From assembly GCA_963696735.1 (NCBI GenBank), contig CAVOLG010000006.1, positions 3,442-67,441 of the forward strand: a stretch of 64,000 nucleotides of DNA. Reading direction: 5' to 3'. The position numbers and the translations under genes are program-made. This DNA comes from an uncultured Actinomycetes bacterium (GTDB lineage: Bacteria > Actinomycetota > Thermoleophilia > Gaiellales > JALYLC01). Within the stretch, counting starts at the first letter, position 1. The number at the start of each line of letters is the position of its first letter. The notes under the pieces are model-generated. The model ran no database searches, was not told the DNA's origin, and saw only the letters and a list, made by a program, of their open reading frames with translations. This document shows, piece by piece, positions 34,331-42,274 of the stretch.

Positions 34331-35172
34331 GGATCCCCCTCCTCGCCGTCGTGCTCGCCCTCGTCGCCGCCGGCTGCTCCTCGGGAGGCGGCGGCGGCGG
34401 ACTGACGGCGCACATCCAGCCCGCCCGGGTGTTCGCCCTCTCCGGCGTCCAGCCCACCGGTGCCGCGCCGGTCGGGCGGCCGACGACGGTGGCCTTCACC
34501 ATCCGCCAGCCCTCGGGGCAGCCGTTGACGAAGTTCCGCACCGGCCCTGGGCCGCACACCGGCGTGCACGTGATCATCGTTCGCGACGACCTGTCGAGCA
34601 TCGTCCACGAGCACCCGCCGGTCGCGCCGAACGGGCGCATCTCGCTCCCGGTGACCTTCGCCCGGCCGGGTCACTACCGGATGCTGGTCGACGTCTACCC
34701 GGCGCTGGGCGGGCCGCTACGGAACTTCCAGCTCCATACCGACCTCCGAGCCGGCCGGGGCGGGGTCCGGCGCCCGCTGCCGCCCCCGCGCCAGGTAGTG
34801 ACCGTGGACGGCTACCGCGTGGCCATGACGAGCAAGCCACGGCTCGCTGCCATTCAGCCCGCCTTCATCCCCTTCAAGGTGACGGACACGAACGGCCGGC
34901 CGGCCCGGTTCGAACCGTGGTTCGGCGCGCTGGCCCACGCGATCTTCTTCCACGCCGGCAACCTCGACTACTTCCACACGCACGTGTGCTCTCCGGGAGC
35001 GACCGGCTGCGCGAGCCTCCTCGGCAGCTCGTCGGTCACCGGCCGGAGCACGAAGCCCGGCATCCTCACCGTCGGCGTCCTACTGCCCGAGCCCGGAACC
35101 TGGCGCCTGTTCTTGCAGACCCAGGTGAACGGCCACGTGATCACGGCCCCGTTCACCCTCAAGGTGCACTGA
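34327..35172 (+). CDS. His-rich putative metal-binding lipoprotein
   Basis: Lipobox AAGC; HTGVHVIIVRDDLSSIVHEHP; GALAH; YFHTHVC. Confidence 0.75.
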   Translation: MRIPLLAVVLALVAAGCSSGGGGGGLTAHIQPARVFALSGVQPTGAAPVGRPTTVAFTIRQPSGQPLTKFRTGPGPHTGVHVIIVRDDLSSIVHEHPPVAPNGRISLPVTFARPGHYRMLVDVYPALGGPLRNFQLHTDLRAGRGGVRRPLPPPRQVVTVDGYRVAMTSKPRLAAIQPAFIPFKVTDTNGRPARFEPWFGALAHAIFFHAGNLDYFHTHVCSPGATGCASLLGSSSVTGRSTKPGILTVGVLLPEPGTWRLFLQTQVNGHVITAPFTLKVH

Positions 35173-35182
35173 CCGATTCGTG

Positions 35183-35308
35183 TCAGGCCAGAGCGGTCTT
35201 GACCAGCAGGATGGCCACGATGATCGCCACGACGCCTGCGCCCAGGGCGACGACGGCGGCCACGAGCCGCAGGCGAACGCCGCCAAACGGCGTTTCGGGG
35301 TCGCTCAT
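35183..35308 (-). CDS. 41-aa membrane microprotein
   Basis: MSDPETPFGGVRLRLVAAVVALGAGVVAIIVAILLVKTALA; ATGA overlap with the copCD stop. Confidence 0.65.
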   Translation of the reverse strand: MSDPETPFGGVRLRLVAAVVALGAGVVAIIVAILLVKTALA

Positions 35309-37038
35309 CCGTTCGCCTGATCGAGGATGAGCGCGTTGAAGGCCGTCCCGCCCCTGGGCGCGACCTGGAAGTTGAGCGCCCACTTTCCGACCATGACGAG
35401 CGCGGGCGCGGCGCGCGAGTAGAGGCCTGGCTGAGTCTCGGCCAGCTGGTACGTCTGCTGGGGCATCTGCATCTCCGTATGGTTCAGTGTCAGCGTCACG
35501 TTCGCGCCCCGCACGGGCTGTCCGCCCTTGGTGATCCGAAGGGCGAAGCGGTCGGGCTGGACCGCCTTGTTGGGTGTGACGATCAGCTGCAGCGTGTAGC
35601 CGTCCTTGTTGATGGTCTTCGCGACCTGGCCGGGGCCGACCTGGGCAAGCGCCGAGTTCTGGAGCGCGAACGCCGGCGGCGGCGGCGCCAGGCTGGAGAG
35701 AACGGCGGCTGCGAAGACGGCGATCGCGATCAGCAGCGTCTCCCCGCTGATGAGCCTGCGCAGCACGCGCGCCGTGGGCTCGCCGAGCTCCGGCCGCGTC
35801 CGGGCGGCGACCAGTCGTGGCTTGGTGAAGAGCAGGTTGGCGGCGCCGAGCAGCATGGCCGCCGCCAGCAGGCCGATCTTCACCAGGATGGCCACGCCGT
35901 AGCTCGTATCCCAGAGCGCGTTGAGGACCGGCAGGTGGTTGATCGTCGCCCACGTCCCCGACGCCAGGAGCACCATCACCGAGACGAAGGCGACGTTCGA
36001 GAAGCGCGGCACGACGATCGACAGGCCCTCGCCCCGCCGACCGCGCGCGGTGGCGATGTAGAGGACGAGCAGGCCGACCAGTCCGCCGAGCCACAACGAG
36101 CCGGAGAGCAGATGCAGCCAGTCGAGCAGGACCGACAGGCCGCGAGGAGCGGTCTGCGCGGCGTGACCGGCAGCGCCCGGCATGACGAGCACCGCCGCGG
36201 CGGCCAGCAACGCGCCGAGCAGCGAGACGATCTCGGCTAGCGAGCGTTGCTCGCGGGTCGGAGTGTCCAGCCAGAGCGCGATCCAGGCCGCGGCGCAGAA
36301 GAGGGCAAAGCAGAGCGCCATGTCGACGTAGCCACGGCCGAAGGCGGTGACGCGGAACAGCGGCACCAGCGATGGCACGGCGAAGACCGAGCGCAACGAG
36401 TCGGTGGCCGTGGCGAAGTCGAGGTACGCCGGAATCGCGACCAGGGCGACGAGCGAAACGACCACGAAGGCCCATGAGACGGACGTCAGGCTCGAGCCCG
36501 GCACGCGTCGCATGAGCGGCCGCGCGATCAGCATCCGGAAGACGAACAGCCCGATCGCGAGCATCGTGGAGAGGAACATCGCCCAGCGAGCGATCAGGAG
36601 GTTGGTCGACGTCGCCGAGGCCGCGATGCTGGGCACCCGGAACTGCGGCGCCGGGCCGGGGTTCGGCCCGATGGCATAGGTGAAGGCGCCCTGAACCGGG
36701 TGGCCGTCGACCGAGATCGCCCGCCAGTAGACGAGGTACCAGCCCTCGGGAAGATGCGGTCGAAGCGGCACGACCAGCGTGTCCGGATTGGCGGGCGACC
36801 TCGTGACCGGACCGGTCGTCACCTGCTGCCCCGCGGCGTTGGTCACGGAGATGATCGCGAACTTCGGCTCGACCGCTTCGTCGTACGTCAGCTGCACGCT
36901 CGGGGGCGGAGCCGCGAGGACGCCACTCGCCGCCGGCACGGTCCTGATGAGATAGGCGTGCGCCGACGCGGTCGCCGGCAGCACGAGGCCGGCGGCGACC
37001 GCCGCCAGCGCGAGAAGGATCAGCCCCCGCCGTCTCAC
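35305..37038 (-). CDS. CopC-CopD-YtkA/FixH fusion copper uptake protein (YcnJ-like)
   Basis: ASA-HAYL, WRAISVDGH, GHA, DWLHLLSGSLWLGGL, RFS, TSYG..LVK, C-terminal HTEMQM. Confidence 0.92.
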   Translation of the reverse strand: MRRRGLILLALAAVAAGLVLPATASAHAYLIRTVPAASGVLAAPPPSVQLTYDEAVEPKFAIISVTNAAGQQVTTGPVTRSPANPDTLVVPLRPHLPEGWYLVYWRAISVDGHPVQGAFTYAIGPNPGPAPQFRVPSIAASATSTNLLIARWAMFLSTMLAIGLFVFRMLIARPLMRRVPGSSLTSVSWAFVVVSLVALVAIPAYLDFATATDSLRSVFAVPSLVPLFRVTAFGRGYVDMALCFALFCAAAWIALWLDTPTREQRSLAEIVSLLGALLAAAAVLVMPGAAGHAAQTAPRGLSVLLDWLHLLSGSLWLGGLVGLLVLYIATARGRRGEGLSIVVPRFSNVAFVSVMVLLASGTWATINHLPVLNALWDTSYGVAILVKIGLLAAAMLLGAANLLFTKPRLVAARTRPELGEPTARVLRRLISGETLLIAIAVFAAAVLSSLAPPPPAFALQNSALAQVGPGQVAKTINKDGYTLQLIVTPNKAVQPDRFALRITKGGQPVRGANVTLTLNHTEMQMPQQTYQLAETQPGLYSRAAPALVMVGKWALNFQVAPRGGTAFNALILDQANG

Positions 37039-37655
37039 GCGAGCGGGCGCTGCTTTCCGCTCCCGCTGCCCCTGACGAGCGCATAGCCGCCGGCGGCCAG
37101 CCCGAGCAGGCCGACGACCAGCGCGACGATCGTCAGCGTCGAGACGCTGCCGCCCCCGAGCGAGCTCTTGGCCTCGATCGTCGGGGCCGGAGCGTCCGAA
37201 GTCTCCGGGCCGGACCAGTTGACGATCGAGCCGTCGGAGTAGGTCTGCTCGACCTGGAACGTGTAGGTCTTGCTCGACGCGGGCTGGGCGAGGAACTGGA
37301 AGAGCGAGTCCTGCCCGGTCGGGGTCTTCCCGCCGGTCCACGTGACCTTCGTGATGACCGCGCTGTCCCCGGAGCCGCTCTGCTGCTCCGACTGCTTCCA
37401 GCCCGGCGGCGGTGGCACGAACGAGTCGATTCCGAACCCGGCCGGCACCGTCAGGACGATCTTGGACGTCGTCAGGTTGCTCTTCTCGGTCGGCACAGCG
37501 AGGCTGTAGAGCTGGAGCTTGCCCGAGAGCGATACGGGCGGGCTGACGCGCGCGTGGGCGGACGCCGACGCCGCGAGCGCCAGCGAGCCCACGGTCACGA
37601 CCGTGATGCCGAGCAGCCGCGTGATGCCACGCCCAGGGCCCGTGTGTCGAGGCAT
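37035..37655 (-). CDS. ycnI: YcnI/DUF1775 copper-binding membrane protein
   Basis: ASA-HARVSP, VPTE, PGW, VTWTGG, QTYSDGSIVNW, C-terminal TM. Confidence 0.88.
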   Translation of the reverse strand: MPRHTGPGRGITRLLGITVVTVGSLALAASASAHARVSPPVSLSGKLQLYSLAVPTEKSNLTTSKIVLTVPAGFGIDSFVPPPPGWKQSEQQSGSGDSAVITKVTWTGGKTPTGQDSLFQFLAQPASSKTYTFQVEQTYSDGSIVNWSGPETSDAPAPTIEAKSSLGGGSVSTLTIVALVVGLLGLAAGGYALVRGSGSGKQRPLA

Positions 37656-37733
37656 GTCGATCACCTTTCTGTCGTTGCCTTTCCGGAAGCCATGGCGCGG
37701 CCAGCAGCCGACGCCCGCTTGCTCAGGCAACGG

Positions 37734-38348
37734 CTAGCGGGCTATGGCGCCGACCGCGGGGCGAGGCGGCGGCCCGCGGCCGGAGGCCCCGCTCGCCAGC
37801 ACCCGCACACGGCGCAAGCACGCATCGGCCACGAGCCGGCCGGGCGAAGCCGCGGGGCGACGGCGCTGGGCGAGCCCGCTCAGCATCCGGCCGAGCCGCT
37901 CGGTGACGCGGAGCAGGAACCTGGCGATCAGGTAGGCGGCGAGCGCAAACGGCAGCTGAAGCAGCAGGCCGACGCGGAAGGTCGGCTGGAGGACGGTCCA
38001 CCACGGGAACGACGCTCCGGCCAGCCAGCGCTCCAGGAACTCCTGCAACGTGAAGCCCAACACGGGCAACAGTGCGAACGCCCAGGCCGGCACCGGCCGC
38101 TGGCGGCCACGGCCGAGGCAGGTCGCGAGCCAGGTGAGCGTGACGAGCTCGACCGCAAACCCGAGCCCCATGAGGAGCGGCAGAAACGCCGGGTAGCGCG
38201 CGTAGCCGTGGCCGGTGGCCAGGAGCTCGCTCCAGCGAACCCGGGCTTCCGGATACACCAGCCGGAACGCCAGCACGTGGGCCACCTGCGAGCCCGCCAC
38301 CATCAACGGCAACGAGGACAACCAGGCAGCCAGGCGACGCCCGCGCAC
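37734..38348 (-). CDS. Membrane protein with C-terminal RGPP motif
   Basis: GSQVAHVLAF..HGY..LQEFLE, about 4 TM segments, tail GASGRGPPP. Confidence 0.75.
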   Translation of the reverse strand: MRGRRLAAWLSSLPLMVAGSQVAHVLAFRLVYPEARVRWSELLATGHGYARYPAFLPLLMGLGFAVELVTLTWLATCLGRGRQRPVPAWAFALLPVLGFTLQEFLERWLAGASFPWWTVLQPTFRVGLLLQLPFALAAYLIARFLLRVTERLGRMLSGLAQRRRPAASPGRLVADACLRRVRVLASGASGRGPPPRPAVGAIAR

Positions 38349-38408
38349 ACCCGGATTGAACCACAGGCCGCACCGAGGTCAGCCCCGCGGAGACGGGGCC
38401 GGGTCCGG

Positions 38409-39035
38409 TCAGGTCCGGAGGCGGCGGCGGGCCAGCAGGTAGCCGGCCCCAAGGGCCAGGGCCAGGATGGCAGCCACGACCAGGGCCACGATCACGGTCG
38501 AGCTCCCCGTGTGGGCCGGGCCGCCCGAGCTCGAGGGCGGGGCCGGGGCGGTGGTGGGGAGAGGATGGCCGCCGGCCGCCGCCAACCGGCGGGTGCCGTC
38601 GAGCGCGGCGCGGCCCAGGCCGTTGATGCCCGGCGCGATGTGCAGACCCGCCAGGGCCCGGCGGGCGCGGGCCGGCGGGAGGCCCGCCGTCCCGACCCCG
38701 TTGGGCATCACCACCAGGAGCCCGCCGCGGTACCCGTACAGCTCCGCGTAGAGGAACCGGGCGTAGCGCTTCGGCTGCTTCCACAGGCCCGTGATCGCGC
38801 CCAGGTCCAGGGTCGAGCCGATCACCGCCACCCGGATCGGGTAGTGCGCCTTCTTGGCCGCCGCCGTGGCCTGGTCGATCTGGGCCGCGAGCGCCTTGTC
38901 CATCGGCGGGTTGTAGGGCAGGAAGGTGTTCTGGAAGAGGAGCACGTCGCTGGCCGGGTCGCCGTCGGCGGCGGCCGTCCCGGCCTGCAGCGCGACGGCA
39001 ACGGCCAGGGCGGCCGCGAGGATCGCCAGTCGCAT
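38409..39035 (-). CDS. Exported, C-terminally anchored hypothetical protein (DGDPASD motif)
   Basis: Signal peptide, DGDPASDVL, LLVVMPNG, C-terminal TM plus RRR. Confidence 0.75.
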   Translation of the reverse strand: MRLAILAAALAVAVALQAGTAAADGDPASDVLLFQNTFLPYNPPMDKALAAQIDQATAAAKKAHYPIRVAVIGSTLDLGAITGLWKQPKRYARFLYAELYGYRGGLLVVMPNGVGTAGLPPARARRALAGLHIAPGINGLGRAALDGTRRLAAAGGHPLPTTAPAPPSSSGGPAHTGSSTVIVALVVAAILALALGAGYLLARRRLRT

Positions 39036-39039
39036 TCGG

Positions 39040-39648
39040 CTACGCCGCTCCGGCGAGCAGGCCGGCGTCGTGCAGCACCTGCCGCGGGTCGAGCGGGCTT
39101 GCCGGGTAGAGCGTGCGGATCAGGCCCTGCGGGTCGATGCCGTAGATGAGGGCGGTGTGCTCGACCAGCTCGGGGTCGGACTTGATGCCGTGAATGCGCT
39201 TGCTCCCGACGTCGTACTCCTTCCAGACGGGCGCGAGCTGGGCGCGGGTCCCGAGCAGGAAGTGGACCTTGTGCAGCAGCCCCCGGGCGGCCAGCCAGCG
39301 CCGCACGTGCGCCGGCCTGTCGCCGGCCGGGTCGACCGATACGGCCACCACGGCGAAGCGAGGGCCGACCGCGTCACGGCTTCGGGCGAGCGTCTGCAGG
39401 ATCAGCGGGCACGTGTTCTTGCAGTGCGAGTACACGAACGTCAGGCCGATGGCCTTGCCACGGAACTGGTCCAGTGACACCGGTCGGCCGAACTGATCGT
39501 GCAGCTGGAAGTTCGGGGCTGCGCGGCGCGCGGTGACCACCATCGGGGCAGCGAAGTCGCTGCGCGCGGCCTCCTTGTGGCCGCTGTTCCCGCAGGCCGT
39601 GGCCGCCAGGACGGCGGCCAGGACCGCGCCGAGCACGAGTGGGCGCAC
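39040..39648 (-). CDS. SCO1/SenC copper chaperone lipoprotein
   Basis: Lipobox ATAC, FVYSHCKNTCP (CxxxC), SVDPAGD, VEHT..IDPQG. Confidence 0.93.
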   Translation of the reverse strand: MRPLVLGAVLAAVLAATACGNSGHKEAARSDFAAPMVVTARRAAPNFQLHDQFGRPVSLDQFRGKAIGLTFVYSHCKNTCPLILQTLARSRDAVGPRFAVVAVSVDPAGDRPAHVRRWLAARGLLHKVHFLLGTRAQLAPVWKEYDVGSKRIHGIKSDPELVEHTALIYGIDPQGLIRTLYPASPLDPRQVLHDAGLLAGAA

Positions 39649-39690
39649 CGGGGCAGGATAGGCGCAGCGACGCGCCGCCGAGCGGAGGGG

Positions 39691-40422
39691 CTAGAGCCCG
39701 TTCCAGGCGAAGGTCGAGCGGATCTTCTTCGGCATCTGCGCCGGCGTGCCGTACGCGAGGACGATGACCTGGTGCGAGGCCAGAACGAGCGCGCTCGGGT
39801 CACCATTCTGCGGCGTCCCATTCAGCCACCAGCGCAGCTCCTTGCCGTTCCCGGCGCAGTACATGCCGATGCAGTCCTTCGTCAGCTTCACGCCCCAGAC
39901 GCCGAAGGCCTCGCCCAGGGTGTAGGGCCGGTTCTTCGGCGACTCGTCGTGGAGGACGCCCGGGTACTGCGTGTGCACGTGCAGCGGCGACAGGAACCGG
40001 CCCACGAGGTCGATGCCCATGTTGCCGGGGATGAACATGTGCTTGCCGTCGACGTAGATGTCGATGTGCTGGTGGATGTGGACGATCTCGCGCTGATGCG
40101 TCAGCTCAGGGAGGCCGAGGGCGGACACGCGCCCTTCGAGGGCCAGGGTCGATCCGGAGTTCCACGGCGCAGGCCCGGTCTGCATGCCCTCCAGCTGGCT
40201 CCAGTCCACCTTGGTGGAGACCGAGGAGCCCTGGCCGAACGCGGCATAGGCCCCGAGGGCGACGAGGACCACGACGAGGGCCGCGCCTCCGGCGAGGAGG
40301 CCGACGCGGCGGCGGTCGCGTTGCGGAGTGTGCCCCGGAGGCAGCCGGCGTCCGCTCCTCTTGCCGGCGGCGGCCCGCCTGGCCTGGTTGGCCTTGGTGG
40401 CCTCCAGCTTGCGCTTGCTCAT
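39691..40422 (-). CDS. His-rich membrane-anchored hypothetical protein
   Basis: TM helix, HIHQHIDIYVDG, SPLHVH..GVLHDES, YTLGEAFGVWG. Confidence 0.8.
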   Translation of the reverse strand: MSKRKLEATKANQARRAAAGKRSGRRLPPGHTPQRDRRRVGLLAGGAALVVVLVALGAYAAFGQGSSVSTKVDWSQLEGMQTGPAPWNSGSTLALEGRVSALGLPELTHQREIVHIHQHIDIYVDGKHMFIPGNMGIDLVGRFLSPLHVHTQYPGVLHDESPKNRPYTLGEAFGVWGVKLTKDCIGMYCAGNGKELRWWLNGTPQNGDPSALVLASHQVIVLAYGTPAQMPKKIRSTFAWNGL

Positions 40423-40474
40423 GCCCGCAGAATAGGTGCGGATTCAGCAGATGCCCGCACCAGCGGGTCCTGCG

Positions 40475-41143
40475 TCAAGTCAGGCCGGGGGTGACCAGGC
40501 CGCTCTCGTAGGCGTAGATCACGGTCTGCACCCGATCGCGCAATCCGAGCTTGTGCAGGATGCGCGCGACGTGGGTCTTGGCCGTGGCCTCGCTGATCAC
40601 CAGCCGGTCGCAGATCTCGGGATTGGAGAGACCGCGGGCCAGGAGGTCGAGCACCTCGCGCTCCCGCGGCGTGAGGCTCTCGAGGGCCGGCGACGCCCGG
40701 TCGGCGGGCGCCTCGGACGGCCGCCGGCGGGCGAACTCCTCGATCACGGCCCGTGTGACCGCCGGTGCGAGCAGGGCATCGCCGTTGGCCACGATGCGCA
40801 CGGCGGCGGCGATCTCCTCCGGCGGGGCGTCCTTGAGCATGAAGCCGCTGGCCCCCGCCTGGAGCGCGTCGTAGACGTACGCATCCAGTCCGAAGGTGGT
40901 CAGGATCAGGACCCTGGTGGAGGGCTGCGCGCCCACGATCCGCCGGGTGGCCTCGATGCCGTCGAGGACCGGCATGCGGATGTCCATGAGCACCACGTCC
41001 GGCCGCAGGGCCTGGGCGGCGGTCACGGCCTGCTTGCCGTCGGCCGCGTCACCGACGACGGTGGTGCCGGGCTCGACCTCGAGGATCTTGCGCAGGCCGA
41101 CGCGCACCAGGCCCTGGTCGTCGGCGATGAGGACGGTGATCAT
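40475..41143 (-). CDS. NarL/LuxR response regulator
   Basis: IADDQ, LMDIRMP, LTTF, LTPREREVL, TAKTHV. Confidence 0.95.
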   Translation of the reverse strand: MITVLIADDQGLVRVGLRKILEVEPGTTVVGDAADGKQAVTAAQALRPDVVLMDIRMPVLDGIEATRRIVGAQPSTRVLILTTFGLDAYVYDALQAGASGFMLKDAPPEEIAAAVRIVANGDALLAPAVTRAVIEEFARRRPSEAPADRASPALESLTPREREVLDLLARGLSNPEICDRLVISEATAKTHVARILHKLGLRDRVQTVIYAYESGLVTPGLT

Positions 41144-41197
41144 CGAGATCGACGGTAGTGCGCACGCCGCCCGTTGTCATCGGCCGTGCGGCTGATC

Positions 41198-42151
41198 TCA
41201 GACGGCGTCCTCACGGGCGGCGGGGCCGAGCAGGCGCTCGACGAGGACGCAGTCCTGCCAGCGCCCGTCGAGGCGGCCGTGCCGGCGCTGGACGCCGACC
41301 TCGCGGAACCCCGCGGCCCGATGCGCCCGGAGGCTGGCCGCGTTCGTGGTCAGCACGCGGCTCGTCAGCTTGGTCATGCCGCTGCGCTCCGCGACCTCGG
41401 CCAGCGCCTCGAGCAGGTCGCGCCCGATTCCCCGCCCATGGACGTCCGGATGCACGTACACGGCGTGCTCCCCCACACCGGCGTAGACCGCCCGCGGCGA
41501 GTACGGCGTGACGCGCGCCCAGCCCACGACCTCGCCGTCGTCGGCCGCGACCAGGAAGGGCAGCCCGCTGTCGAACCAGCGCAGGACGTCGTCCGGCCTG
41601 CGCGGTTCGGTCTCGAACGTGGCCTCGCGGCCGGCGATGCCATGGTTGTAGATGTCGCACACGGCCTCGGCGTCCGCGCGGGTGGCCGGGCGGATGGTCG
41701 TGGTCGCCGGCAGGGTCTTGGCGAAGAACACGCGCTCGAAGCCGTGCTCGCCGCGGCGTTCCGTCTCCCGGTACCCGAGATGGCCGTACAGGGCCTGGTT
41801 CTCGGTCATCGTCACGTGGGTGTACAGGCGCAGCTCGGGGAGCCGGCGCTCCCGGGCCTCGCGCTCGGCGAAGGCCAGGAGCTCGCCGCCGACGCCGCTG
41901 CCCTGCCGCTCGGGGTCCACGGCCACGTTGTCGATCAGCAGGTGATCCTCGTGCGGGACGAGCACGATGAGCCCGGCGATGCCCTGCTCGTCCTCGGCCA
42001 CATAGGCCTCGTCGTCGCGCACTCGCGCGTCGTAGTCGTCGTCCATCGGGGCCGGGCGGCGGCCGATGCGGTCGACGTAGCGGCCGTAGGCCCGCTGGAC
42101 CAGCTCGTACATGGCGCGGCTGTCGGCCGGGACGGCAGGACGGATGTCCAC
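41198..42151 (-). CDS. Double GNAT fusion with a C-terminal Pat/ArsN1-like domain
   Basis: DNVAVDPERQGSGVG; then IYNHGI..ATFETEP, VYVHPDVHGRGIG, HGRLDGRWQD. Confidence 0.85.
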   Translation of the reverse strand: MDIRPAVPADSRAMYELVQRAYGRYVDRIGRRPAPMDDDYDARVRDDEAYVAEDEQGIAGLIVLVPHEDHLLIDNVAVDPERQGSGVGGELLAFAEREARERRLPELRLYTHVTMTENQALYGHLGYRETERRGEHGFERVFFAKTLPATTTIRPATRADAEAVCDIYNHGIAGREATFETEPRRPDDVLRWFDSGLPFLVAADDGEVVGWARVTPYSPRAVYAGVGEHAVYVHPDVHGRGIGRDLLEALAEVAERSGMTKLTSRVLTTNAASLRAHRAAGFREVGVQRRHGRLDGRWQDCVLVERLLGPAAREDAV

Positions 42152-42274
42152 GTCCGGAGAGTTCCAGATCAGCGGCGGCGCGCGCCACCGGCGGCCTGCT
42201 GCACGTTGGCAGGGCTCATCCATGCGGGTGCCCGCGTCGCGCCAGGGGCGGCCGCCAGCCCATAGAGTCGCGTG

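Noticed and set aside
40475-41143. Orphan response regulator as the copper-island regulator
   Set aside because: Generic NarL type with no kinase and no evidence beyond adjacency.
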